From an uncultured delta proteobacterium (GTDB taxonomy: Bacteria > Desulfobacterota > Desulfobacteria > Desulfobacterales > QNYZ01), in the NCBI GenBank assembly GCA_963845145.1, contig CAWJQU010000017.1:160001-224000 (forward strand): DNA of 64,000 bases, in the 5' to 3' direction. The notes under the pieces are model-generated. The model was not told where the DNA came from. It saw only the letters and a list, made by a program, of their open reading frames with translations, and did not search any database. Both the position numbers and the translations under genes were made by a program. Below, piece by piece: positions 31,801 through 39,555 of the stretch (positions within the stretch are counted from its first letter, which is position 1; the number at the start of each line of letters is the position of its first letter).

Positions 31801-32343
31801 CCAGGAGACATACGATTCGGAAAGTCGCTGAACAACCTCTTCAGCTTTGTCCTCGGACACTCCGGCATCTTTTAATGCCTTACGCCATTTTGGTTGGCCC
31901 AGGCGGGCGCCCAAAGGAATAACCAGTTCCTGGGTGCCGGTCACCCCAAGGATCACACTGGTGCGATCCCGATTGAAAGACCGTCCCGTTTCCCCATAGC
32001 CGGCATCCTCCAGCGCTGTCTTAGCCGCAACCAGGCCGAGAAGTTGCGAGGTATCGGTGGCTTCAAGGATATTCGGTGGAATGCCGTATTCGGTGGGGTC
32101 GAAATCAATGGGGGACAGGAACCCCCCGCGGGAGCAGTAGATTTTATCTTTAGCCCTGGGATCGGTATCGAAATACTCCTCGATGGACCAATGGGTATCC
32201 GGCACGTCGGTAATGGCATCGATCCCCTGAAATAATAATCGCCAGAATGCCTTTAATCCGGATGCTTTGGGAAAAAGGCAGCCTATGCCGATTATGGCGA
32301 CGGGTGTATTGACGGGTTTTGTCGGTTGTGTTGTTTTTTTCAT
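25855..32343 (-). CDS. pfaA: PfaA-like iterative type I PKS/fatty acid synthase (KS-AT-ACP-ACP-KR-DH)
   Basis: KS DAACASS/HGTGT/GHTK; AT GHSYG and AAFHS; two ACPs LGIDSIKRVEIL; KR GGARGIT/YAMAN; DH HVLDGHPVVP. Confidence 0.9.
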   Translation of the reverse strand: MKKTTQPTKPVNTPVAIIGIGCLFPKASGLKAFWRLLFQGIDAITDVPDTHWSIEEYFDTDPRAKDKIYCSRGGFLSPIDFDPTEYGIPPNILEATDTSQLLGLVAAKTALEDAGYGETGRSFNRDRTSVILGVTGTQELVIPLGARLGQPKWRKALKDAGVSEDKAEEVVQRLSESYVSWQENSFPGLLGNVVAGRICNRLDLGGTNCVVDAACASSMSAVHLATLELAAQRCDMVLTGGVDTLNDIFMHMCFGQTGILSPTGDVRPFSEKADGTLLGEGVGIIALKRLADAERDKDRIYAVIHAVGTSSDGRSQSIYAPRKEGQAKALNMAYDLAAITPDTIDLIEAHGTGTRVGDQTEFQTLTEVFSSAPQTKDTPRKRCALGAVKSMIGHTKAAAGTAGLIKTALALHHKTLPPTLKAESPDPDLNIEKSHFYLNTTARPWLSSSSHPRRSGVSAFGFGGSNFHVVMEEYRPDKLETAWDGSVEIISLSADTIDEMVATLSDWKANTLEGLTADELAAFAGRSRIAFDSAKTYRLLGVVDCLGDINTQVASFIEEATTALTADEPERKSWNSGNIYFGSGSPEGKLAFVFPGQGSQYINMGQDLLCIFPEALDAMEKFNRAYGDDRRVSDFIYPYPATTKDHKSRQEEKLRSTDIAQPAIGAISMGMFRILSSFGISPDSVCGHSYGELPALLAGGWLKPEGFCKTSIARGKLMAIAGNNTDGDPGTMLAVKADLEKLDSLVNSLDSDVILANRNSPSQGVLSGSTPAIEIAAEKCRAAKFRAIQLPVAAAFHSRLVADAQKPFRNLLEDIELTPTDIPVYSNTTGETYPTDPKAARDLLGNQIINPVDFVADIKNQYKDGINTFVEVGPKTVLTGLIRQILRKKGHTVMAVDASGGKKSGLTDLAKCLCHLSALGYKVQLDRWETPPPTGKPRKPIMKIPIGGANITNPSSKNRPSINKDSAPIVELNVVELNVNEATIDKPLLKKDPMEKQTTNKPGNAQSFSTKRSLSQAPNRDEVSQSLGVIQEGLRSMREIQVRTAKAHELFLETQAEAGRILESLVLRTRPVAKSSGITGSDTTPETGRPDRSDPTAFELNRQPDALPSSQPPAVQNDTHPSLGDSSKPGVPPDVIPDTVDEAPGVTASNTLAETLFEVVAELTGYPSEMLNLEMNIEADLGIDSIKRVEILSTMEERMPDLPTISPEDMGELKTLGQIVTHLNKGPVFDPAQPEISNTTPGELQSTDVEPVLFNVISELTGYPVEMLKPEMAIEADLGIDSIKRVEILSTMEERMPHLPTVSPEDMGELKTLGQIVGHLTEGKNQPLHEDPVTEIDQGLPIEKMPEVEKQVAEIKRQIVCATIVKSATPKKEILRRPGTIVISDDGEGLAEALAAAFSKQNITTAVVPLAPDAIKRIEGSIGGFIPILPAAATVGTKDIKNLFLLTQAVGKQWAQADTDTPPILVGVSRMDGAFGFLGEGVTQPMHGALPGLIKTAAMEWPHVHCRSIDVAANWEDPDAISQSLLSAVLGTDCQSPLEVGLHPDLALDEQYQLPLTDAEYPNGLPELTAQDVVVVSGGARGITAESVIALARKTGASFALLGRSPQPSALPSWMEALTDPAEIKKAILTHEFKSQSPSPKELDRAFYRHATNREIQQTLHALNDAGVRATYYSVDVTRGKQVDPALDRVRTDLGPITALIHGAGILRDGLIIDKKIDAFEAVFNTKVKGVRNLLNATKKDMLRYLALFSSVTARFGNIGQSDYAMANEVLNKIAQVEAKNRHQCSVTAINWGPWECGMVSPALKRRFEQRGVGLIPTQIGAECLAREMGAGTNGPVEVIIGCRINTEDKEAGMTASSKESRIKLDKGLSLSFRREVDLPHYPVLNSHVLDGHPVVPFALMTEWFGHGALHENPGLILHGIDDMRLLKGIRMDVASKTIRLMAGKARRRENRFEVPIELRDGVEDGVEVIHSRGRAILVESLGTAPTYDPPEELVAVPYSKSVDEVYETILFHGEHLHGLKKINGLTANGMVAEISTAPQPNQWMTEPLRSEWLADPLALDTAFQMASVWCYEQKGMVSLPSYTASYRQFSRRFPSKGLKVILEVNEVTSRKITGDFTFIDSDHIVVARLQGYEAVMDPSLYQSFKPHLTRDTELNKGRSAA
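28390..28890 (-). repeat. Duplicated ACP domains in the PKS
   Basis: ELTGYP.EML...M.IEADLGIDSIKRVEILSTMEERMP.LPT.SPEDMGELKTLGQIV.HL occurs twice, 300 nt apart. Confidence 0.85.
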
Positions 32344-32363
32344 CGATGCAATAATCGGCTTTT

Positions 32364-34043
32364 CTATGCGTTAAGGTATTGTTTGATTTGATTGGGTCGC
32401 TGGGGCTGGACGTTGCCAAGTGTCGTTGGCAGTTGGGCCCCCTGGTTGCGTAGGTGCTGAAAACGGTGGATCACCGCTGCGCCAAACATGAAATTGTCGG
32501 CGATGACCGTAACACTCCGATTATCCACGGCCTCTAAAAAGGATCCCTTGACCCAAGCGTTAAAGGCCCCCATACCGGGACCGCACCAGATCTGATAGTC
32601 GAGCCGTCGATCGGCGATACCCGAGTTGGCCCAATGAGACGATTGTCCCAGGTATGAGCGAAAAACAAGCGCCATTTTATGCTTGGGGCTTTTTTCGGCC
32701 CGTTTGATTTGACGCGGATCTCTTTGGGTAAAAAAAACTTTGGTTGTTTTCCACTCATCTTCAAACGATTTTTTAAACAGGGTTTGTTCTACCCATTGGC
32801 GATTTTCTTTCGAAATCGATTCGTACGATTCATGCCCGGTATACAGGTCATAGAGTTTTCGAGCGCGCATGGGAAACAGCGTCCCCCGTTTCAAGACCTG
32901 AACATTGACACCTAATTCAAACATATCCGCTGACGGCGCCATTATGACATCCGCTTGTTGGGCTTCAGCCAACATTTGCCGGGCGGCCGGTGATGACCCC
33001 GCCTCTCGGCAGGCTTGATTTACAGACCCGGTCAGCACAAACGCCGCGCCCATGGCAAAAGCGGCGGCCGTTGAAGCCGGGGTAGCGATTCCGCCGGCCA
33101 GCCCCACACAAGGTGTGCGCTGATAATCGAACTGTTTCGCTAACGCGTCTCTTAGAGATATCATGGTCGGTAATAGTGCCAGTGCCGGTCGGTTGTCGGT
33201 ATGGCCGCCTGAATCCGCTTCAGCCGTGATATCGTCGGCTGTGGGTATTTTTTGAGCTATCCGGGCTTCATCCGGTGTGATCAGGCGATCGGCAAGTAGC
33301 TTTTCAATATGCTTTCGAGGCGGTGGGCTCAAAAATTGCCGGGCCACCTCTTCTCTGGATACCTTGGCGATGATCCGGTTAGGACAAATAATCCCTCCGT
33401 CGGCGTCTTCGCGTAACCCCTTAGCGCGGAAGTAAGTGACCGGCAACGTGACATTCATAAACGCCGAAGCGCTGACCAGACGAATCTGCCGATTCAGATA
33501 AAGCCTGACAGTTTCCATTTCGAGGCCTGGGTCGGCGGGTGAATGGATTAAATTGACGCCGAAGGTCATCGCGTGCCGGCTTTGGGATTTTTGCAGTTGA
33601 TGAATGGCCGTATCGATTTTGGCCAGGGACAAGCCCCCCGCACCGAAAAAAGCGAGCAGCCCATGGCGACCCGCTTTCTCAACCATAGTCACCGAGGAGA
33701 TGCCATTGGCCATAGCGCCGACGAGATAGGCATACTGTAACCCATAGTAGGCTTTAAAATCCGAATCACCCAGGTTTTCAGGCAACAGGCCGGGCGCATA
33801 ACCGATGATGGGTAAATCCTGCGGTCCGGGAGAAGATTTTTCACCGATAACCATGGATCCCTCGTGGCTGACGGCGAGATCGTTGTTGTACCGAACCAGG
33901 TAAACAGGCCGGCGTAAATGCCAGAGCGCATTGCGAACGGCTGCGACACCCGTGGCAGGCGTCACACCTCGGTGATGCCAGGTCCCGAGTGCGGGATTTT
34001 CTTGTGCGGTCAATGCGGTCGCCAATTGATGTGCTAAGGCCAT
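32364..34043 (-). CDS. pfaD: PfaD-family enoyl reductase
   Basis: GAMANGI, NLIHSP, AKVSREEVA, EADSGGHTDNR, YQIWCGP. Confidence 0.92.
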   Translation of the reverse strand: MALAHQLATALTAQENPALGTWHHRGVTPATGVAAVRNALWHLRRPVYLVRYNNDLAVSHEGSMVIGEKSSPGPQDLPIIGYAPGLLPENLGDSDFKAYYGLQYAYLVGAMANGISSVTMVEKAGRHGLLAFFGAGGLSLAKIDTAIHQLQKSQSRHAMTFGVNLIHSPADPGLEMETVRLYLNRQIRLVSASAFMNVTLPVTYFRAKGLREDADGGIICPNRIIAKVSREEVARQFLSPPPRKHIEKLLADRLITPDEARIAQKIPTADDITAEADSGGHTDNRPALALLPTMISLRDALAKQFDYQRTPCVGLAGGIATPASTAAAFAMGAAFVLTGSVNQACREAGSSPAARQMLAEAQQADVIMAPSADMFELGVNVQVLKRGTLFPMRARKLYDLYTGHESYESISKENRQWVEQTLFKKSFEDEWKTTKVFFTQRDPRQIKRAEKSPKHKMALVFRSYLGQSSHWANSGIADRRLDYQIWCGPGMGAFNAWVKGSFLEAVDNRSVTVIADNFMFGAAVIHRFQHLRNQGAQLPTTLGNVQPQRPNQIKQYLNA

Positions 34044-34148
34044 ATTTTTCCAATTTTGCCGATAATATTATAAACTATATACTATCGTATTTTTATGCTT
34101 TTTTGTCAAGATTCGAGCCGTGAAATAATGGATGGCGGTTTTGAGTTT

Positions 34149-35045
34149 TTAATTCCGTGGATGATATCGTCGATGGATCTGGATCAAATGGTCCCGGGCA
34201 ACGTGTGTATAGATCTGGGTCGTGCTGATATCCGTATGACCCAGCATGATTTGAACGGCCCTAAGATCAGCCCCGCCTTCGAGCAGATGGCTGGCAAAAC
34301 TGTGCCGCAGGCTATGGGGGGTGATTTCCTTGATCAGGCCACAGGATCGAACGTAGCGTTTTAAAAGTTTCCAAAATCCCTGACGCGTCATGGGGTTTCC
34401 CGCCCGGGCAACAAAAAGGTATTCACTGACACATGATTTTAACAGCAGTGGCCGGGCTGTTAAGAGATATTGATCGATGCGGTCGTGCGCATGGCTGCCG
34501 ATGGGAACGATTCGTTCCTTGGCACCCTTTCCAAAAACGCGCACAAAACCAGCTTCCAGATTGACATTGATTGTTTTAAGGCGGACCAGCTCGGAAACAC
34601 GCAGTCCGGCGGCATAAACGGTTTCAAGCATGGCGGCATCGCGTATTCCGGCAGGTCGGGTAAGATCCGGTGCGGTGAGCAATTGCCGGACCTCTTCAAT
34701 GGACAGGACATCGGGTAGTTTTAAGGTCGTTTTAGGCAAATCGACGTTGCGCGTTGGATCGCTTCCGATCACATCGATATGGACCAAGTGTTTGAAAAAC
34801 CCTCTTAGCGCGACCAGGTGACGGGCTCTTGATTTTGGAGATAATCCATCATTTCTTAAGGCAATAATGTACTTTAAAATGGTTGATGCCTTGACGGCAC
34901 GAGGGTGATTGATTTTTTGCGGTTTGAGGTAGGCGTCAAAACGGGAAAGGTCACGAAAATAGGCCTCAACCGTATTTTCCGACAACCCCTTTTCGGTGAC
35001 CAGATGGTTTAAATAGCGGTCAATATGCGGATTAAAGGCAGACAT
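34149..35045 (-). CDS. xerD: Site-specific tyrosine recombinase XerD
   Basis: YAAGLRVSEL, GKGAKERIVP, MTRQGFW, HSLRHSFASHLLEGGADLR, LGHTDISTTQIYTHV. Confidence 0.92.
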   Translation of the reverse strand: MSAFNPHIDRYLNHLVTEKGLSENTVEAYFRDLSRFDAYLKPQKINHPRAVKASTILKYIIALRNDGLSPKSRARHLVALRGFFKHLVHIDVIGSDPTRNVDLPKTTLKLPDVLSIEEVRQLLTAPDLTRPAGIRDAAMLETVYAAGLRVSELVRLKTINVNLEAGFVRVFGKGAKERIVPIGSHAHDRIDQYLLTARPLLLKSCVSEYLFVARAGNPMTRQGFWKLLKRYVRSCGLIKEITPHSLRHSFASHLLEGGADLRAVQIMLGHTDISTTQIYTHVARDHLIQIHRRYHPRN

Positions 35046-35082
35046 ACATTCCGTTAATATTCGCTAAGTAAAATCAGGAGTG

Positions 35083-36195
35083 TTAAATGACGTAATCATC
35101 TAACCCCAGATGGGTGAGCACCTCTACACCATCTTCGGTTACAACCACTTGATTTTCGAGTCGTACGCCTCCCCAGCCGGGGATGTAAATGCCAGGCTCA
35201 ACCGTACAGATCATACCCGGAGCCAGCACTGAATCGCTGGTGGGGCCCAGACGCGGTTTCTCATGAATGGCCAGTCCGGTTCCATGACCGAGGCCATGGT
35301 TGAATTTATCGCCGAATCCGGCGGCTTCAATATGGGATCGGGCAATAGCGTCGACCGCTTGGCCGCTTATACCCGGCCTTATAGCAGCAATCGCTTTTTC
35401 CTGAGCACGTTGAACCTCTTGGTAGACAGTCACGAATTTTTTTTCCGGCGGGCCAAGGATGACGGTTCGCGATGTATCCGAACAATAGCCTTCAACCCGG
35501 GCCCCCCAATCAAAGAGGATCGGTTCGGCCGGCTTGATTTTGCGATTTCCAGGAATCGCATGGGGTAGGGCGCTGTTGGGGCCGGCGGCTACGATTACAG
35601 AAAAAGAGAGCCCTTCCGGGCACACCTCGCGAATTCGTTGCTCGAAGTCCCAGGCAACTTCTCTTTCCGTCATGCCCGCCCGCAAGGTCGGGAGAAGATC
35701 GGTATACGCAGTTTCGGCAAAGGCCAGTGCCTGGCGCGTATGTTCAATCTCTTCGCTATCTTTTATGATACGCAGGGATTCTATCAAATCGACCGTCGGT
35801 ATGAGATTGGTGTTCAATCCTGCCTTTCGTATCAAGTCTTGAATTTTTTCGAAATGGGCAACGGGCAGCCGGGCCGCTTCAAACCCCACGTCCTTGGCAT
35901 TTAAATCGGCGAGAATACCGGGTAGGGCCTGAGGTAACCCTTTATCGTAGGTAACCACATGATAGTCCGGTGCTTCCGTGTTTGCCTGAAGGGTGTAACG
36001 GCCGTCGGTAGCCAATAGAAGTTGGTCTGATTTGATGAACAGGGCACCGGCGGTTTCGTCAAATTGACCGTCATCACCGGTAAAGCCGCTTAAATAACGA
36101 CGATTTTCCTGTATACTGACCATTAGCGTATCGATTTGTGCGGTAGCAAAACGCGCTCTGATTTTCTGTATTCTTTCGTGGATGCGATTATTCAT
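35083..36195 (-). CDS. Xaa-Pro aminopeptidase (M24B)
   Basis: SALPH, DWGA..GYCSDTSRT, HGLGHGTGL..HE, TVEPGIY, GVRLE. Confidence 0.9.
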   Translation of the reverse strand: MNNRIHERIQKIRARFATAQIDTLMVSIQENRRYLSGFTGDDGQFDETAGALFIKSDQLLLATDGRYTLQANTEAPDYHVVTYDKGLPQALPGILADLNAKDVGFEAARLPVAHFEKIQDLIRKAGLNTNLIPTVDLIESLRIIKDSEEIEHTRQALAFAETAYTDLLPTLRAGMTEREVAWDFEQRIREVCPEGLSFSVIVAAGPNSALPHAIPGNRKIKPAEPILFDWGARVEGYCSDTSRTVILGPPEKKFVTVYQEVQRAQEKAIAAIRPGISGQAVDAIARSHIEAAGFGDKFNHGLGHGTGLAIHEKPRLGPTSDSVLAPGMICTVEPGIYIPGWGGVRLENQVVVTEDGVEVLTHLGLDDYVI

Positions 36196-36220
36196 TCTTT
36201 ACACCGGTCTGATATTTTGG

Positions 36221-36949
36221 TTAGTCGCCAAAAGTTCCTTCACAAGTAGCATCTCCGGACCCCATTTGCGCCGGCGCATATTCAACCATAATTTTTTGGG
36301 CCAGTCCATGCCCAAGGATAAAACGTTTGCAATCGACGGACACCACCATCTGTCCTTGGGGTTGGCTAGTAATGATCTCGATAGTATCCCCGGTACGAAG
36401 GCCCATGGTGGATAATCTGGTTTCTGCCCGGCGGCCACCTTGAATCGATTTAACCTTCACCCTTTCACCGGGGTGGGCCTGAATGAGGGGTATTTTGCCT
36501 GCTTGGGTTTGCATACACGTTTCGCAAATTCCATAGATTTCCATCTTATGCTGGAGCATGTGGAATCGATAGTTTTTAACAATTTCCAATTGTAAAATTT
36601 CTAACTGGCTGTTTTCAAATTCAATAATGCGACCGCATTTGGTGCAAATCATATGGTCATGGTGGTGGCAGGGGTGGCGATGTTCATACCGAACCTCACC
36701 GTTTTCAAATCGATTTTTTTGAGCGAACCCGTAGTCGCACATCATCTTAAGGGTTTCAATGATAAACGCAGGCGAATAGGTGCGGCCGTATTTGGACAAT
36801 AACGCCGCGACTTCATCCACGGTTAAATGGCGCTCAGTGGTAAGGAATATCTCTAATATTTTAAATCGATCCTCGAATTGATCGATGTTCTCTTGTTTAA
36901 ATAGTTTTCGGAATTGCTCTTTTTCCTGCGCATGTATTTGCCGCATCAA
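36221..36949 (-). CDS. Fur-family regulator fused to a C-terminal FeoA domain
   Basis: HHHDHMICTKCGRIIEF and GICETC (Fur); RLSTMGLRTGDTIEI...LGHGLAQKIMV (FeoA). Confidence 0.85.
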   Translation of the reverse strand: MMRQIHAQEKEQFRKLFKQENIDQFEDRFKILEIFLTTERHLTVDEVAALLSKYGRTYSPAFIIETLKMMCDYGFAQKNRFENGEVRYEHRHPCHHHDHMICTKCGRIIEFENSQLEILQLEIVKNYRFHMLQHKMEIYGICETCMQTQAGKIPLIQAHPGERVKVKSIQGGRRAETRLSTMGLRTGDTIEIITSQPQGQMVVSVDCKRFILGHGLAQKIMVEYAPAQMGSGDATCEGTFGD

Positions 36950-37071
36950 CTATCCTTAAAATAAATAATACGTTAGAGTTTTTTGTTATCAACTTATAAA
37001 GTAGGAAAAATAATGACAAGAGGGGCATTTGTCAATTTGGGTGGGTTCAAAATGAGATTAAGATAAAGCTT

Positions 37072-37109
37072 AAAAAAGGAAAGGGTGGCTTCCCATTAAG
37101 CCACCCTTT
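37072..37109 (-). terminator. Intrinsic terminator
   Basis: Perfect 12-bp stem 37080-37091/37098-37109, 6-nt loop, followed by CCTTTTTT on the minus strand. Confidence 0.75.
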
Positions 37110-37137
37110 AGGAGAAAGGAGGAGGTATGAAACTGTT
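37072..37137 (-). ncRNA. Candidate ~65-nt sigma54-dependent sRNA with anti-SD/anti-AUG tract
   Basis: Downstream of a -24/-12 promoter; TTTCATACCTCCTCCTTTCTCCT then a 12-bp hairpin and T-tract. Confidence 0.6.
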
Positions 37138-37147
37138 TATTTAATAG

Positions 37148-37163
37148 AGCAATATAAGTGCCA
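37148..37163 (-). promoter_or_regulatory. Sigma54 (-24/-12) promoter
   Basis: Minus strand TGGCACTTATATTGCT matches TGGCAC-N5-TTGCW with exact GG-GC spacing. Confidence 0.7.
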
Positions 37164-37509
37164 AAAAACACAATGTATTAAAAAAAAGTGGGTTTTGTTG
37201 GGGGAGATTATATCTGCAAGCGCACGGCCTACATTTAAAAACGTTATAACAGCCAGATAAAATTAAAAATAATGATAGTTGTATCAGGAGAGTGAGTATG
37301 CACAGAATACCACGCTTTTCATAAAGGGCTATTAATTTTATTATATATTTATTGCCATTTTTGACATATAATAAGGGTTAATAAGAATCTTTAAGCGCTT
37401 CACGACATCATATCGGTGGAGTATAACAAAAATATGGCATTTGGATTACAAAAATGGTAATCCAGCTCCCGCCTGTCAGGCTGGGCTAAATAATTACGGG
37501 GAACTTGAT

Positions 37510-38202
37510 TTGGACATCGGGTCCGATAAATGGAATGCAATTATTGAAACAGGCGCCCAAGATTTCGGTCTGTCGCCTAGTGATGCCGCTTTTGATGGGT
37601 TTGGCGTTCATGCCACGGAAATGATCAGATTCAATCAAAAAATGAACTTATCCACCATCACCGATCCGAGTGAGATCGCCATTAAACATGTGATTGATTC
37701 TCTGGCCGCCACGCCGTTTCTGTCTGGCAAGCAGAGTCTTTTAGACATTGGTTCGGGAGCCGGGTATCCGGGCATTCCTTTAAAGCTTGTCCGGCCCGAT
37801 CTGGATGTGACGTTGATTGATGGCACGGCCCGAAAGGTGAGTTTTTTAAAGCATGTCATCCGGCGTTTAGATCTTACAGGATTGTCTGCCTTTCATGCAC
37901 GTGCGGAAAAACTTGTTGATACTATGTCGGGAAAGTTCGATGCGGTGATTACACGGGCTGTGGGGCCGCTGGTAAAATGTTGGCAACTGGCTATGCCATT
38001 GGTCAATCGGGAAACCGGGATGCTGATTGCCCTAAGAGGCCGTGTCGGCCATGAGGAACTTTTATCGCTAAAAGAAACGATTCGTCGCCATAACGATTGT
38101 CCGGTTAAGACAATGGGCGATGGGCCAATGGTTCATCGCTATAAACTCCCCTTTGGACATGATCAAAGAGCCATCGTGATCCATCGTTTGATGCCTGTGT
38201 AA
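37510..38202 (+). CDS. rsmG: 16S rRNA m7G527 methyltransferase
   Basis: MNLSTI, KHVIDSL, LDIGSGAGYPGIPL, RAEK, ITRAV; start TTG 37510 or 37441. Confidence 0.9.
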   Translation: MDIGSDKWNAIIETGAQDFGLSPSDAAFDGFGVHATEMIRFNQKMNLSTITDPSEIAIKHVIDSLAATPFLSGKQSLLDIGSGAGYPGIPLKLVRPDLDVTLIDGTARKVSFLKHVIRRLDLTGLSAFHARAEKLVDTMSGKFDAVITRAVGPLVKCWQLAMPLVNRETGMLIALRGRVGHEELLSLKETIRRHNDCPVKTMGDGPMVHRYKLPFGHDQRAIVIHRLMPV

Positions 38203-38279
38203 TTGTCCCGCTGATACGAACCGGCTTGACTTGCCGGCAATAATAAACGTAAAATGACAGCCTGAATGAATCCAATTGC

Positions 38280-38356
<77 letters not shown>

Positions 38357-38368
38357 ATGTTGTTTGAA

Positions 38369-38398
38369 AGTGTCCGGTTGAATAGTGTCCGGTTGAAT
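38369..38398. repeat. Exact 15-bp tandem duplication
   Basis: AGTGTCCGGTTGAAT x2 just upstream of tRNA-Arg. Confidence 0.85.
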
Positions 38399-38529
38399 GA
38401 AGTAAAAATTAAACGATTCAAATATCATCATCAGGCGGGCTTGTCCACGGAAATTACGCGGACAAACCTCACCGTACCCCTAAAGCTTGAAACATTGTTG
38501 CTAAAACGAAAGTACTCAGACTGAATTAT

Positions 38530-39543
38530 ATGAAGGCAAAGACAATAACGAAAAAAAAAGTCCGTAAGGTAGGCCGCCCCAAGAAGGCAAGTCCCAAGAA
38601 GGCTAGCCCCAAGAAGGCTAACCCCAAGAAGGCGAGCCCCAAAAAGGGAACCAAGCCAGCTTCTTCGCGTGCGTCGTCGAGTAAAGCGGTTGTCAAATTT
38701 GATCCGCTTCAGCGGTACCTCTCAGAAATCAGCCGGTACTCTCTGATTACGCGTGAGCGTGAAGTCGAATTGGGCATTCTTATCCAGGAAGATGGGGATA
38801 CCGACGCTGCCTACGAGCTGGTTACGGCCAATTTGAGGCTTGTTGTCAAAATTGCCCTGGAATTTCAACGAGTTTGGATGCAGAACCTGTTGGACTTAAT
38901 TCAAGAGGGGAATATCGGCCTCATGCAGGCGGTTAAAAAGTTTGACCCCTATAAGAATGTCAAGTTTTCATACTACGCCTCTTTCTGGATCAAAGCCTAT
39001 ATTTTAAAATTCATTATGGACAATTGGCGGCTGGTGAAAATCGGTACGACTCAGGGGCAAAGAAAGCTTTTCTTTAAGCTGAAAAAAGAGAAGCAAAAAC
39101 TGATCGAAGAGGGTTTTGACCCCAAACCGAAGCTTCTTTCGGAAAAGCTGGGTGTATCGGAAAAAGAGATCATCAATATGGACCAACGGTTGAGCAGTTG
39201 GGACCTTTCATTGGATGCGCCGGTGAAGGATGATTCCGATACGGAAAAAATCGACCTTCTGGATGTCGAGGATGATTCGGTGGAAGATCAGATGGCCCGC
39301 AAAGAAATTGTCTCCTTGATGCACAGGAAGATCGCACGTTTTAAGAAACAGTTGACGCAGCGGGAGCTCTATATTTTCGATGAGCGGGTCTTTTCCGAAA
39401 GCCCGGCAACTTTGCAAAAAATTGGGGATCGTTACGAAATATCGCGTGAGCGCGTCCGCCAGGTTGAAAAAAATATCATTAAAAAAATGCGTGCTTACTT
39501 TAAAGAAGAGATTCCCGATTTTAACATTTATTCACAGGATTAA
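38530..39543 (+). CDS. rpoH: RpoH (sigma32)-family RNA polymerase sigma factor with basic N-terminal repeats
   Basis: ANLRLVVKIA, DLIQEGNIGLM, TTQGQRKLFF (RpoH-box-like), ISRERVRQ. Confidence 0.8.
   Translation: MKAKTITKKKVRKVGRPKKASPKKASPKKANPKKASPKKGTKPASSRASSSKAVVKFDPLQRYLSEISRYSLITREREVELGILIQEDGDTDAAYELVTANLRLVVKIALEFQRVWMQNLLDLIQEGNIGLMQAVKKFDPYKNVKFSYYASFWIKAYILKFIMDNWRLVKIGTTQGQRKLFFKLKKEKQKLIEEGFDPKPKLLSEKLGVSEKEIINMDQRLSSWDLSLDAPVKDDSDTEKIDLLDVEDDSVEDQMARKEIVSLMHRKIARFKKQLTQRELYIFDERVFSESPATLQKIGDRYEISRERVRQVEKNIIKKMRAYFKEEIPDFNIYSQD
38578..38649 (+). repeat. 15-nt coding tandem repeat encoding PKKA(S/N)
   Basis: CCCAAGAAGGCNA(G/A)Y four times plus a partial fifth copy. Confidence 0.85.
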
Positions 39544-39555
39544 AAGCAAGATATC

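Noticed and set aside
26122..32419. Many short ORFs overlapping pfaA, and similar ones over other long genes
   Set aside because: Antisense or alternate-frame shadows with no recognisable motifs.
34149..35045. Tyrosine recombinase as an island integrase for the pfa genes
   Set aside because: Length and motifs match housekeeping XerD; no att sites seen.
37110..37144. Plus-strand minigene MKLFI with a very strong SD
   Set aside because: The minus-strand sigma54 promoter and terminator polarity explain it better as the complement of an sRNA; not fully excluded.
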